From assembly GCA_951406725.2 (NCBI GenBank), contig OX597829.1, forward strand, positions 27,776,001 to 27,840,000: DNA of 64,000 nt. The letters run 5' to 3'. Below, one piece after another: positions 25,801 through 40,909 of this stretch (its first letter is position 1; the number at the start of each line of letters is the position of its first letter). The translations under genes and the position numbers were made by a program. Source of the DNA: Octopus vulgaris (taxonomy: Eukaryota). The notes below the pieces were generated by a model, which made no database searches, was not told the origin of the DNA, and worked only from the letters and a program-made list of their open reading frames with translations.

Positions 25801-26705
25801 ACTAATTTTCAAATATTGATAAAACTGTCGGCCCTTGAGTCGCTCTGTAAATTCTGCAGATTAACTTTAAAAAAACAATACTAAAATATTTAAAGAAGAG
25901 AAGAAAAAAACCCAGCTGAATATGAATTGGAAAAATGTGCTTTTATAATCGATTTTTCTTCAAGACATCTTTTTCCTCCTAATTAATTCTTTCAGCAGTA
26001 ATTATTTTCACTTTAGTTTTTATTTAAACCCATGTGAACCGGTCTTCCATTCGTGGCTTTCCCGTCCTTTTGCATATCGGGGACAACAGTATCCAGTATA
26101 TTTATTTTTAGAAGGTAATGGTGGGTTACTAGTAGGAAGAGTTGGCGTCGATTTCTAGTGTGTTTAGTAAGTACCTGGAGGACTTCCTTCGGTTAATGTA
26201 ACATTCATGGTAGTGGAGGAGAGAAAGCGACAGTTTGTGTCTAATCTCAGATATTCGAAAATGGTTAATTTGTTTTTAAAGTACTACCTTGACTTTATTT
26301 GGTCGGAATTTTATCTGTTGAAATAACTAGTGTGAATGTGTACGTGAAAAGAGAGGAAGTGAAAGAGAGAGAACATGAAGCAGCTGCGGAAATTACGAAG
26401 CGCGTGAGGACGTGACAAGGAGTCGGTGAGCGAAAATTAGTTTGTATGACGTGGTTAATTTAATCAGTGAACGTGTGAGGGAGAGAGGGACTGATATAGA
26501 AACAAATTAAAGTGGAATGGATATTAATTTTATACATCCTTCAAGGACGAAAGGCAAAGATTTCCTGAGCACGTTTTGAACCTGAATCTAAAGGAACACA
26601 TTTACTCTGATGCTCTACCTATTCTGCCACCGATGCTCTACCTATTCTGCTCACCGATCCTCTCACTTTGACATACAAAAAAGTGTGTATATGTGTGTGT
26701 GTGTA

Positions 26706-27058
26706 GGCGCAATGGCCTAGTGGTTAGGACAGCGGACTCGCGGTTTCGATTCCCAGACCGGGCGTCGTGAGTGTTTATTGAACGAAAACACCTAAAGCTC
26801 CACGAAGCTCAGGCAAGGGGTGGTGACGAACCCTGCTGTACTCTTTCACTATAACTTCCTCTCACTCTTTCTTCCTGTGTCTGTTGTACCTGTATGTCAA
26901 AGGGCCTGTCTTGTCACGCACAGTGTCACGCTGAATCTCCCCGAGAACTACGTTAAGGGTACACGTTGTCCGTGGAGTGCTCAGCCACTTGCACGTTAAT
27001 TTCACAAGCAGGCTGTTCCGTTGATCGGATCAGCTGGAGAATCCTCGACGGAGTACCT
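26706..27058 (+). mobile_element. tRNA-headed SINE, family C
   Basis: ggcgcaatggcctagtggttaggacagcggactcgcggtttcgattccc; collinear with 30842-31238. Confidence 0.82.
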
Positions 27059-27370
27059 CGTATATATATATATATATATATTGAAAAGGTTGCAAGACGC
27101 AACGAAAATTTTAGGAAAATAAAAATAAGAAATAAGTGGAAATTTTTACCGGTGTGTGTGTGTGTGTGTTAAATTATAAGGCACAAAAAGAAAATGACTC
27201 TCCCCAGACACAACAGAATATGCTTCAACATACGAACTCACATAAAGAATCTTGCAAACCAAATCCAAAAACTATATGTATATATATATATTACATAGGT
27301 GTTAGTGCGAATCTCAATAATGGAGACTGGCAAAACTAACGACAGTTAACAGTGAAGAAATAATACAGTG

Positions 27371-27406
<36 letters not shown>

Positions 27407-27667
27407 ATAAGTATTGTTTACTTTGTTCTCGGTCAAAGAAATTAATATTGATTCTATTTAAATAAATGCTTTGAAGTTCTTTTCTCCTTTCTAAGCTTTA
27501 AATATACGCTTCTTTTTCTTTTTATTTAACTTTACTCTTTTCAGAGTTTCTTCTTTCATGATAACCTTCCAATTGATTGATCCATAATATATACATATAA
27601 TTTTTTTCATACTTTAGCACATTTCTCGTCTCTATTTTTTCTATCTTAGGAGTATAATATATATACA

Positions 27668-27752
<85 letters not shown>

Positions 27753-28453
27753 AAGAAAAATATACACATGCATGTACATACAGACACATATATTGTAGAA
27801 GCATGGTTGTGTTCAGGAACTTCGCTTTGCAATCACGTAGTTTCCAGTTCAGTTCCACTGCGATGCACCTTGGGCCAGTATTTTCCTCCATAATTCCGGG
27901 ACGACCAAATGTAAGAAAATTCTATAGACCAAAATTTGTGTAGAAATCCGTAGTGTGTGTGTGTGTGATCCTGACACCACCGCCTAACAACCGATGTTGG
28001 TTTGTTTATATGCCTGTGAGATAGCGCGTCAGCAAAAGTAACCCGATAGAATAAGTACTAGTTAAAAACCTCAAGTAGTACTGGTGCCGATTTCCTGTAC
28101 TAAATGCAGAAAATTTGCAGATTTGTTATACTTCGTTTCTGCTTTTTAACAGTCCATCTTTTTTATTCTTTTAAACCTGATTCTTCCTCTTGAAGTCCTT
28201 CCTTTAAAAGCAGCAAGAAATTTAGAAAAGCTATTATTTCCAAGCTTGTACGTGTAGCGTAGATAACGTTAATGGCAAGAATCATTGGTTAGTTCAAGTT
28301 GGACATTAAGTTGCGGTATTTAGTAACAGTTCTATCTATGCCAGGGGTCTGTATACGATTTTCTTGTTAAAATTTGTCTCCAATAAATTGCTTATACTTC
28401 TTCATACACTAAATGTTTTAATTTTTAAAAATGCAATTGCTAATATTTGATTA

Positions 28454-28855
28454 CTAGCAGCATAGCCCGGCGTTGCCCGGGTATGTAAGAGCCCCTAGTA
28501 GGCAACGACTAATCCCAATCTAGTTCTTTCCCTCTAGGGAACGAAGGCGCATGTGTAGGTTGCAATGTCTTCTCTTCACCCGAATACTTCTATGTATACG
28601 ATTTCCTAGCTGTCTCCCGATTGCAAGTGGCGAAAACTACAACAGAAAATGTGTTGCATATAAAAAGCTTAGATTCTCGACCCCATGTCGAGTTTATCGA
28701 TTTTTTTCAGAACTGGGGGAACTTTTCAAAATTTTCGCGGCGTTAGTTTTGAATTATGACATTGGGTTATGTGTGTGTCAAGTTTCATCAGAATCGGTTG
28801 AAAGCCGTGGTCAGGGTGAGGGTACAACCTGACAGCCACACAGACACACAAGCAG

Positions 28856-28860
<5 letters not shown>
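28454..28860 (-). mobile_element. Non-autonomous Helitron (second family)
   Basis: Minus strand ends cccgggcaacgccggg hairpin...CTAG|t; its 5' end dissolves into the large microsatellite. Confidence 0.7.
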
Positions 28861-30308
<1,448 letters not shown>

Positions 30309-30841
30309 GGCTATGGATGTACATCCAAGTACAATAGGAACCAAAGGTGTCCATTGATAAAAAGTGTTTGAGAACCACTGATCTGTTTTTGCTAGAATAC
30401 CGTTGACACTAATTTCACATTTTTTTCTTGTATATATATATACATACATACATATAATATAATCTGTATGTTTGTCACACCTACTACTTGGTAACCGGTG
30501 TTGGTTTGTTTACGTCCACGTAACTTGACAGTTCGGTTACGAGACTGATAGAATAAAATCAGTAGAAAAGTCGATTCTGCCTTTAATCTTTTCGGCGTCA
30601 ACAAAATTGCTTGTTTTGTGCCATAATAAGGAAGGATTGTTTGTATTTTGACTGATTCTTCCAGGATCGATAGAAAGAATATGAAACAATTCAGTCCAGC
30701 GTCTGCTTATTTATTTATTTATTTATTTGTGGTCGTTTAAGATTTAAAGAAAGAAAATACTCCAAGTGTTCCCTCTGAGAGTATGCGCAGAAATGTATAA
30801 GCAGATTTCGTCCTTTTCTACTGAGTACATACACATTTTGT

Positions 30842-31238
30842 GGAGGCGCAATGGCCCAGTGGTTAGGGCAGCGGACTCGCGGTCGTAGGATCGCGGTTTC
30901 AATTCCCAGACCGGGCGTTGTGAGTGTTTATTGAGCGAAAACACCTAAAGCTCCACGAGGCTCCGGCAGGGATGGTGGTGATCCCTGCTGTACTCTTTCA
31001 CCACAACTTTCTTTCACTCTTACTTCCTGTTTCTGTTGTACCTGTATTTCAAAGGGCCGGCCTTGTCACGCACAGTGTCACGCTGAATATCCCCGAGAAC
31101 TACGTTAAGGGTGCACTACGTTAAGGGTGCACGTGTCTGTGGAGTGCTCAGCCACTTACACGTTAATTTCACGAGCAGGCTGTTCCGTTGATCGGATCAA
31201 CCGGAACCCTCGTCGTCGTAACCGACGGAGTGCTTCCA
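30842..31238 (+). mobile_element. tRNA-headed SINE, family C, full-length
   Basis: A-box-like tggcccagtgg and B-box-like ggtttcaattccc in a tRNA-like head, followed by a body shared with 26706-27058. Confidence 0.85.
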
Positions 31239-31499
31239 TTAACATACACATTTTAACCCTTTTGTACACTAGTTCGATGTTTAACAAAATTTTATATGAA
31301 TAAAAATCTTTTAATCTTCGTTCCATGAAGTACCGTTAGGATTTCATTTCAAAGTATGAAGACGTTAAGTGTTCCAATTTCTAACAGATGTGTGCAGTTC
31401 TTCGGCAGCATTTTACCGATATTGTTAGAGAAAACGGACTGCTTAGTACAACTTCCGGCAGAAGGTGTGAAGTGATTTATTATTTCATTATATAAACAG

Positions 31500-31830
31500 C
31501 ATTGAGACTCTACACTGAATGTCTGTCTGTGCGACGGGCGAGTCCATGATAAAGATTGTATCACCTTCCTCTATCTCCAAAGAAAAGAAGGCAGTATTTC
31601 TCAAAGACGTGGTATGGAAGACGCGAGTGAAAGGGATTGCGACAGGCCAATTCATCTCCGGACGTGGGCTGGTGAATTACTTCGCCGCTCATCTTTCCAG
31701 CAAGATCCGTCTGGAGAGGAGGAGCTTTCCGCAAAGAGTATTTGGAAAAATATGGACGGAAGAAGTAAGAAAGATGAGAATGCAAGGAGCCGTGCTGACA
31801 CGGTCGGTCCGAGCATAGAAAAACAAGAAA
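31500..31830 (+). pseudogene. Fragment resembling the C-terminus of a Tx1/L1 ORF2
   Basis: KAVFLKDVVWKTRVKG...GLVNYFAAHLSSKIRLERR...FGKIW matches from memory the W..R.K....L...F...L...E...F...W pattern ending L1/Tx1 ORF2; needs an HMM check. Confidence 0.5.
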
Positions 31831-31983
31831 GATTACCAAAAGGAAATCAACCGCCGGGTTAGTTCACTAACCCGAACCCTGTAAATAGTAATGATTTAAC
31901 ATCAAAATTTTTAACTTTATAACATTCGGCATTCATATAATTATAGGTGACAATTTCATACGACACCGCTACGGAAAATGGGA

Positions 31984-32375
31984 TTTTTTTCTAGCTGTGT
32001 CAAATGAAAATGTCACCCACAATTATGGCCCTAGTATCGATCTATTGCATTTCAATCTATTTTAGATTTAGGGTTAGGAGTGGGGGAAGGGTATCTTTTT
32101 TCTTCACAAATGTAAATAAACCCAATCATTTTCTTAAAGGAGGGACATATTCATTATGCACAGAATGTTATTTACGTCAATGGAGGTAATTGATTGGTTA
32201 AAATTGCCGAAATGCTTGAAATTAAAGTGGAAATATGTTATAACTTATAGAATTTTCTCAATAAAGCCAAGAGAAAATGATGTTTTATAAACACATTCTA
32301 CCAGTATACGAAGTTTAAAACTTTTTAGTTACCTACAAATTATGTTACAAAGTGCCGTTGAAAAGGAAAAGATCC
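31984..32375 (-). mobile_element. MITE of the 3972-4274 family
   Basis: Shares ggggaagggtatctttttt...cttcacaaatgtaaa and ends gtgccgttgaaaaggaaaagatcc. Confidence 0.72.
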
Positions 32376-33631
32376 GTATCTTCTACTATAGCCCCGAGCC
32401 GACCATAGCCTTGGGAGTAGATTCGGTAAATGGAAACTGAAAGAAGATCGTGTGCATGTTTGTCCCCTAATACCGCTTGGCAAGCTGTACTGTTGAAATG
32501 ATCTATAGAATAAGTTACCAGGCTTTAAAATAAAATAAATGTTGTCGATCTGTTCGACTACAAACCTTCAGAGCGGTGCTCCAGCACGGCCGCAAAGTAA
32601 AAGATAAAATGATAATCTGATTATTTTATTTTGAAATGTGAATATTTTAACGTTCGTGAATATGCAGTACGCACAGATAGATTTGCTCACACAAAAATAT
32701 ACACGCACGTTATGTATCTGCATTTCTCCCGCATACCCCGCTTTTAAAAACTTAATGCTTGAAAGAACGGTACGGGTGTCTGATGATAACATTTCCATAA
32801 GTAATTACTTCAGCAGCTTACTATCGTAAAATAGGATGGAATATAAAATTTGTTACTAAGTCTTGGTGGAGGAGGGATGCGAAATTGATACAGATGGCGA
32901 GCGAAATTGCTTTCAGAGTTATAAACAAGCAACGTCAGTTATTTAAAATATAGATTTCGAATTTGCTAATGTTTTTCATATTATTCAGCAAACCAAACCT
33001 AAATAAATGGGGGGGGGGAGAAGAGTATGTGACTGCGTATACATTTTATTTTTGTCCACTCCGTCAAAATCCAGTTAAGGCATCGAACAGAGCGCTTGGT
33101 TTGTTTGGTCTTTAAGTGTTACGAGTTCAAGTCTCGCCAAAGCTAACTTCGTTTATTTAGCCTTTCGAGATCCATTGAAATTCAAGAAGTACCGATCCAA
33201 GGCGGTGGGTGGATTGGCGGGAGTGTAAAAATGTTGGGCTAGATACCTTGCGGTAATCCAGTTTATGACCTGCTTCGGTGATGGAGGATGCTTTTAGAAC
33301 TGTTCGTGCAAAACATTTGTGCCAAGTCTCTGATCTGAGAATACATTATTTTCTCGCTCCCTCCTTTCCACCAGTCTCGCAGGCCCTGAAACGGGTCGTG
33401 GGTACTACTTTTTCTCTTAACTTAAAATAATAATAAAAGAAAGTTATAGTTCCCGACTGTAAAAAAATCTAAAAGTTCGCAGCTGTGTGGAAAGAAGTTT
33501 GCTTCCTAATCACATGGCTCCGGGTTCTGTCCCTGTCCGTGGCACCTTCGACAAGTGCCTTTCTACTTGTGGGCAGATTTGGTAGAAAGAAACTGAAAGA
33601 AACCCATCGTATGTGTGCGTGCGCCTTTGTA

Positions 33632-33969
33632 TTTACGACGTTGATTTCCTTACACTCCCTTCCCCACAGCTTCACGAGGGAGGGAAGAAGGGGGAGAAAC
33701 AAACATGTGCAGGTGTGACCATGGACGCCAACTCCGCCGCCATCGACACACGAAAAATTATGCATTAAAATGGAATAAAAAATTATGTTAAATTATTTTT
33801 AAAATCGTAGACTCATCGTAGACGCGCGCTAATACTCAGACGGCTCGATATGAATCACGACTATAAGATACCCGAATTTGGTTAAACTGCACTGCAAAAT
33901 GTGGGAGTAGTTAGGAATCTAAATCGAAGGGGACAGACACTCACACAACTACAGTTTTATATATATAGA
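33632..33969 (-). mobile_element. Non-autonomous Helitron, 3'-truncated
   Basis: Reverse complement of 52386-52720; 5' a|TCTATATATATAAAA end at 33969. Confidence 0.8.
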
Positions 33970-36764
33970 TAAAGCCCAGAGGGGACAGCACAAATGGTTG
34001 GGACTCCACTGAAGATCTTGAGTTGAACAGACGATTCTTTTTTTTTTACTGCAAAGTCGATAAGTTGGACTGTTCCATTTTGGTTCGTACGACTTACTTT
34101 TTCGTTGGATTTTATCGTTGAATTTTGACGTTACTGTGTTCGCGTGTTCGAATCTCGTTATTGTACTACCTCAGAGCAGACTTGTTAACACCCCCCCCCT
34201 TCTGAAGGGCGAATTCCTTTCACTTATTGATGAATGTGTGATGCCTCCAGAGTTTCAGTATTTTAGATTTAGATTCCATGGAAATGAAAATTTGTAATAT
34301 TCTCTTAAATCAGGGTAAGATTCAAAAGAGTTTACCAATCGAAATCTTATTACATTTTGCAAATATGTGAGATCGTCTTCGCTCATCATAAAATAAATAG
34401 TAAATTTATTCATGAAACTGGTTGGCCAAAGGTTATTGTAAAAGACTCTACCTTTATGGTAAATAAAAAATCAGTTACTGTAGAAGACTCTTGCTTAACG
34501 TGCCACGCAATGGAACTGAACATGTAATAATATGGTTGCAAAGCGAATTTCTTAACCGTCGATAACGATATAAATGCACATTTTTTTCCTCCTCTTCTAG
34601 ATTTTCTTTCTTGTTTAATATTTAATCTGACAAAAACTAAAATTTATTTTCATAACCTGGCAGATACAGAATGGAAATTTGCATTGATGTCAAAAGTCAA
34701 TAAAAAATAAATACACATGCAATTTTTTTACTCTTTGTATTGATTCAAAATATATTTTCATTTTGCTTCGATTCAAATAGAAATTTTAATTTTTCTCTTA
34801 AATTTCTTTTTTGCACATTCACTATATTTTCGTCTTAGCTGACATCCTGATTTTTATCGAATATTCCAAGTGGAGTTTTCTTTCTATCTCTCTTTTAGTA
34901 GCTTCTACGGGCTTTCCTCGCACTTATAATCTAACGCTGGAACCTTCACCCTACGGAATCCGGCATTCTGACAAAGTTTTGAGCATCACAGGAGACACCT
35001 CTGTATAACTATAAAAACTACAGTATGAGAGACAGTCAGAAGCTGTGTGTGAAAGAGATGAGAGAGTGATTTAAGAAAGTGCATGATCCTTGACTTTACA
35101 TAGATGCCTTCAAAACTATTTCAGTTTATTAATTTGAAATTTCAAACCACGCAATCGATAAAAAATAAGGTATAAAAGTTATCAATTGTACATTTGAAAT
35201 TAAATACGTTTAAAGCGTTCGTTATACACAAAATAAAAGTGAAATACGTTTGGTTAAGTTTTAAGTGAATTTGTAGAACAAAATATCGATTTAAAGTTGC
35301 TTTAAGCGTGTGTTTTTAATTAATTAATTAATCAATAATAGTAATAATAATAATCGTTTCTAATTTAGGCACAAGCCCATGATTTTGAGTTGAGGTAGTT
35401 AATAGATATCACTGACTTCGATAATTTGGTTGGGGTTTTTACTTGATAGTAATATTTCGCTTTAGCGACATAAAAAACGCGGGTAAGAAAAAACAATTCA
35501 GGAATGTACAAAAATAAATTTGCCTATCTAGAGTAAATGCGTAAAAGTAGGTTATTAAACTTTATTATGATAGAATCCCCACCTTTTTTTTCTTTCCTTA
35601 ACAGCATCATTCAGTTAAATTTACGTTGTATTGTAGAAAATAAAATGTTATAATAAAATATATATGTAAAAGTATATAGCAAAATGACATTACAACTTCA
35701 TTCATAAAATTCCCGTCAGTAAATTTGAATATTTTTGTTTCCTATTCAAAATGTTGAAATGAAAACAAATTTAAAAGCCTACATTTAAGCAATTTACTCG
35801 GTGGTTTCACTTACTCTGATACACATTTTTTTTTTTTAAATTATTCAATCTCGCACTAATATGTTCCAGAAACGAAAGTCCATAATAAATAAATACACAT
35901 ACAATTTGTTTTCTATCTCGAAAAGATGAAAAGTAAAATTAACTTTGGCAGGATTTTGAAGTCAGAATGTAAACCCAAAACATTTTTCCGATGCTTTATC
36001 GATTCTGCCAATCCAACAACAAAATGACTTCGATTCAGGCACAAGAACAATAATATTTGAAGGGAGCTAAGTTATTCGATACCATCGATCTCTAACACAT
36101 GACTGATTCTTTATTCTATTGACTCCCATAAGCACGAAACGCAAAGTTGACTTCGTTAAAACTAGAACTTGGGAACGAATAGAGCCGAAAGAAATGCCGT
36201 CAGTAATTTTCTTCTGGAAATTTTCAATTTAATTTAAAAAGTACAGACTTATTTTAAACTGTTTCTTGGTACTTGTCAATTGTCGTGGTCCCGGTTTTGC
36301 ACACGCGAATTCGCGCGCGCGCGCGCGTCAGACGTAGGTACTCGATACTCGAGATCCTACGAGGTGACTTGCGCATGCGCAGTGCAGAATTCGCGCGTGC
36401 GCGTTAACCCCCCCCCCTAAAAAAAAAGGTGTTGGATTTCACTAAAAATATATGTGTGTGTGTGTGTGTGTATATATAACATTTTCAATTTTACACAAAA
36501 AAATTACATAGTCGCTTTCCTCGCGGATTTACAGAGAAATGAATTAATTACTATTTTACAGAATAAAATTAATGAATTAATTATATAAATTAAATAATTC
36601 TTGAAAATTAATTAATATTAATAATATTTTTTGAACAAAGTAAATAATTTATAAAACTTGGTTAATAATTTTTTTTACACAAACGCGAACGTATATAATT
36701 TGTGAAACTTTTTTTTTTTTACAGACGTATATAATTTGGTAAACTTAATGAATTAATTTCTTCT

Positions 36765-37187
36765 CATCATCATCATCGTTTAACGTCCGTTCTCCATGCC
36801 AGCATGGGTTGGACGGTTCGACCGGGGATCTGGGAAGCCAGAAGGCTGCACCAGACTCCAGTCTTATCTGGCAATGTTTCTACAGCTGGATGCCCTTCCT
36901 AACGCCAACCACTCCGAGGGTGTAGTGGGTGCTTTTTACATGCCACCCGCACAGGTGCCAGGAGAGGCTGGCAACGGCCACGGTCGGATTGGTGCCAGTC
37001 GAGGCGGCTCTGGCATCGGCCACGATTCGGATAGTGCTTTTTACGTACCACCAGTCCAGGGGTCCTGGCATTTGCCGGGTACCACACTTGCCCCAACATG
37101 TCTTCGCAAGCAAAGGGGGTTGGCATGGGTGCCTGTCGTGGGATGAGGTTCGATATCAACTTCGCTTGCCTCAACAGGTCTTTGTGT
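36765..37187 (-). mobile_element. SINE family D inside left arm
   Basis: catcatcatcgtttaacgtccg tail and gtgctttttac.tgccac units as at 8147-8683. Confidence 0.85.
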
Positions 37188-38245
37188 ATAAATGTATAAA
37201 TTTTTCGCACTAAATTCTTTCCGTAGAATTTATAAAAAAACGCGCAAAATTATTCCGTAGACTTTATCAAATTAAAAAACGCAAAATTAATATATTTTTT
37301 GAAATTGCAAATTATTTAGAATATAAAACAAATTAAGTTAAATTTTAAAAATAAATGTCATATACTTATACTCTGTAAGGTGCTGTGTTCACACTTCAAT
37401 TTACTATTTTCTAGAAATGTTGCTTTTCTAATTGAAACAATTTTTCTCAATCTCCATTTAAAAGTCCATAATGCCTCTTGAGCCATATCAAAATGAACAA
37501 CTTTGAATTACCCGGTGGTGGTGGTGTGAGGTTCTAATTTTTTTTCTGATCTCTCTTTGCCCCCCCTAGATGGAGGTGTGGTGGGGAGACAGATGAAAGA
37601 TGTTTCATTCTCTACTATATATGTATATATATATCTATATCTATATGTATATATATATATATATATATATTTCTTAAACCTACACGATATAGTCTATAAA
37701 TTTGGGATGTTTTTGAAAGATAATATATTTTGTCATCAGAATATATATACTTTCTCACACTACAATTAAGATATATTTATTTTAAATCGTTCATCTTTTC
37801 CCGCGACAACAAAAATTGGGCGCGAAAATTTTTCTAAATATTAGCTGAATGAACAACTGAGATAAAGAGGGGGCAAAGAGAGATCAGAAAAAAAATTAGA
37901 ACCTCACACCACCACCACCGGGTAATTCAAAGTTGTTCATTTTGATATGGCTCAAGAGGCATTATGGACTTTTAAATGGAGATTGAGAAAAATTGTTTCA
38001 ATTAGAAAAGCAACATTTCTAGAAAATAGTAAATTGAAGTGTGAACACAGCACCTTACAGAGTATAAGTATATGACATTTATTTTTAAAATTTAACTTAA
38101 TTTGTTTTATATTCTAAATAATTTGCAATTTCAAAAAATATATTAATTTTGCGTTTTTTAATTTGATAAAGTCTACGGAATAATTTTGCGCGTTTTTTTA
38201 TAAATTCTACGGAAAGAATTTAGTGCGAAAAATTTATACATTTAT

Positions 38246-38668
38246 ACACAAAGACCTGTTGAGGCAAGCGAAGTTGATATCGAACCTCATCCCACGACAG
38301 GCACCCATGCCAACCCCCTTTGCTTGCGAAGACATGTTGGGGCAAGTGTGGCACCCGGCAAATGCCAGGACCCCTGGACTGGTGGTACGTAAAAAGCACT
38401 ATCCGAATCGTGGCCGATGCCAGAGCTGCCTCGACTGGCACCAATCCGACCGTGGCCGTTGCCAGCCTCGCCTGGCACCTGTGCGGGTGGCATGTAAAAA
38501 GCACCCACTACACTCTCGGAGTGGTTGGCGTTAGGAAGGGCATCCAGCTGTAGAAACATTGCCAGATAAGACTGGAGTCTGGTGCAGCCTTCTGGCTTCC
38601 CAGATCCCCGGTCGAACCGTCCAACCCATGCTGGCATGGAGAACGGACGTTAAACGATGATGATGATG
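38246..38668 (+). mobile_element. SINE family D inside right arm (mirror copy)
   Basis: Reverse complement of 36765-37187 with four visible substitutions. Confidence 0.85.
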
Positions 38669-39397
38669 AGAAGAAATTAATTCATTAAGTTTACCAAATT
38701 ATATACGTCTGTAAAAAAAAAAAAGTTTCACAAATTATATACGTTCGCGTTTGTGTAAAAAAAATTATTAACCAAGTTTTATAAATTATTTACTTTGTTC
38801 AAAAAATATTATTAATATTAATTAATTTTCAAGAATTATTTAATTTATATAATTAATTCATTAATTTTATTCTGTAAAATAGTAATTAATTCATTTCTCT
38901 GTAAATCCGCGAGGAAAGCGACTATGTAATTTTTTGTGTAAAATTGAAAATGTTATATATACACACACACACACACACACATATATTTTTAGTGAAATCC
39001 AACACCTTTTTTTTTAGGGGGGGGGGTTTAACGCGCACGCGCGAATTCTGCACTGCGCATGCGCAAGTCACCTCGTAGGATCTCGAGTATCGAGTACCTA
39101 CGTCTGACGCGCGCGCGCGCGCGAATTCGCGTGTGCAAAACCGGGACCACGACAATTGACAAGTACCCTGTTTCTTTTTTAAGTGGAATACAAAATTCAA
39201 GACGATCGCAATCGAGGTGGCATATCTCTTTTGTTTCAGTCAAGAAAAACTCTTGCAGGGTTGATGTATGGAAGTGTGTGTAGCAGAGGTATAAACTTGC
39301 CTTTCAGAGTGTGGATGTCGTAATAGAACACAAGTGTTATGCTTCATTATGTGTATGTACGTGCATAAGTATTCCATATGATGATTGTCATTTACAC

Positions 39398-39669
39398 CAG
39401 TGCTTCTCAAACTATCTTATGCGGCGTACCGGCAATTTTTCCCCTCCCCAATGTGCCTTAGACCGGTAATATTTCTTAGTAATATCAATTTATAACTGGA
39501 AACTATATAATATAATATAATAAAAGTTGACAATTTTTTTATCTTGTATTTATTTTGTAAACAAATAATACAATATTATATAAGCATTTTATAATGTTCC
39601 TTTCTTTTCTGGAAACTCGCCGCGTATCGGCAGCTGATGGCTCACAGACCACCACTTTGAGTAGCATTG
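39398..39669. mobile_element. hAT-like MITE, diverged
   Basis: TIRs cagtgcttctcaaa / tttgagtagcattg; TSD not convincing. Confidence 0.55.
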
Positions 39670-40643
39670 ATGTAATCTTCAAAGAACCTCAAGCAAAGAA
39701 TCCTCGAAATGTTATCAAATTTTCACTCCTCTAATCAATTGCCTTATGTCTACTCTGTTTTTTTTTGTTTTTTTTTAACATAAGCGTTTTAAATTTTCAA
39801 ACCAATGTTGCTACAAAGCTCAGTGCACTTATTGGTTGTAGGAACAAATGAAAATCCATAGTCAGAATATAAGAGCTGTAGATTTCTCATCAGTTCTCTA
39901 TAAATGTTCTATTTTCCCCCAATTTATGCTTGTGTGTATGAAAGCATGTATGGATTCAGTTTTTTTTTTTTTTCTATGTCAAGATCAGTTGATGCAGGTA
40001 CAGAAAGGTGAAAGAAACAACAATTTATTCCACTTAAAAAAGAAACAGTTTAAAATAATATTGAAGGACTGTCAACTAGTTCTTATTGGCTTGGGATTAA
40101 AAGCCAGTCTTGTCATGACCATCCCATCTGTAGTTTTTTTACCTCTTTTTTATTATTTCAGTTAAATTTTCAGAAGTATTATCCAGTAGGTTCTTGTAAG
40201 ATTGCTGTTTGAAGGAAAGACATTAGGCTTCTATTTCTAGTAGGTCGAGCGACTACGTAGTTTTTAGTCATAATCTTTTAAGTATTTAAAACAGCAGACA
40301 AGAAAATAAAGTCGTGACGTTAATGATTTAAGTGAAATATGGCTGCTATTTCTAGCAGGTCGAGCAACTATGTAAGTCTCCTTGGCTCCTAGTTGTTGTT
40401 TACCCCCAGGTCTGCTTTATGCTAATCAAACTGGCGTCTTTTCCTATTGTAGATTATCTGTGCTTTTCCATTTCTGAGATTATTATATAATCTCAGGTGA
40501 TTTGAGGGAGAATTGGCTGTTGTTTTTTTAGCAGGTCGAACAACCATAGAGACTCACTCGCTGGTTCAAGGTACCAGTTAAATACTAAGGTCAATTTGAT
40601 TCACTACACTTTCCATACATTCATGCATACTCACACATACATA

Positions 40644-40909
40644 CAGGGTGCGGTGAATAAATTGTCGTCTAAATTACGCCAGAATAAAAATAACACTGAC
40701 ATCTCATTTTAACAGATTGTTGTTTGTTCCTTCTCGAGCCATACATGGCTCATAAGGACCGGTTTCCTTGGTGTATATGTTCCCCACCTTGACGAGACGC
40801 CGGTCCGTTGCAAGTGAGCTGCAAGATGCAGGAGGAAAGAGTGAGACAAAGTTGTGGCGAAAGAGTCAGCAGAAATTCGCCATTACGACAATTTACCTAT
40901 CGCACCCTG
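40644..40909. mobile_element. Tc1/mariner-type MITE with TA TSD
   Basis: ta|cagggtgcggtgaataaattgtcgt ... acgacaatttacctatcgcaccctg|ta. Confidence 0.78.

Larger units (their letters stand above)
36268..39167. mobile_element. Complete foldback DNA transposon with ~1.3-kb TIRs and 9-bp TSD (Merlin- or MULE-type ends)
   Basis: Arms 36268-37564 and 37869-39167 are near-perfect reverse complements; termini GGTACTTGTC / GACAAGTACC; ctgtttctt on both sides (36259-36267, 39168-39176); mirrored ORFs in the track. Confidence 0.93.

Noticed and set aside
30842-30915. tRNA-like sequence
   Set aside because: It is the head of SINE family C and runs into a SINE body; it does not form a complete cloverleaf. 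The same applies to the other SINE heads.
36796-38637. Mirrored 77-116 aa ORFs suggesting duplicated genes
   Set aside because: They are chance reading frames across the SINE D copies in the two inverted arms.
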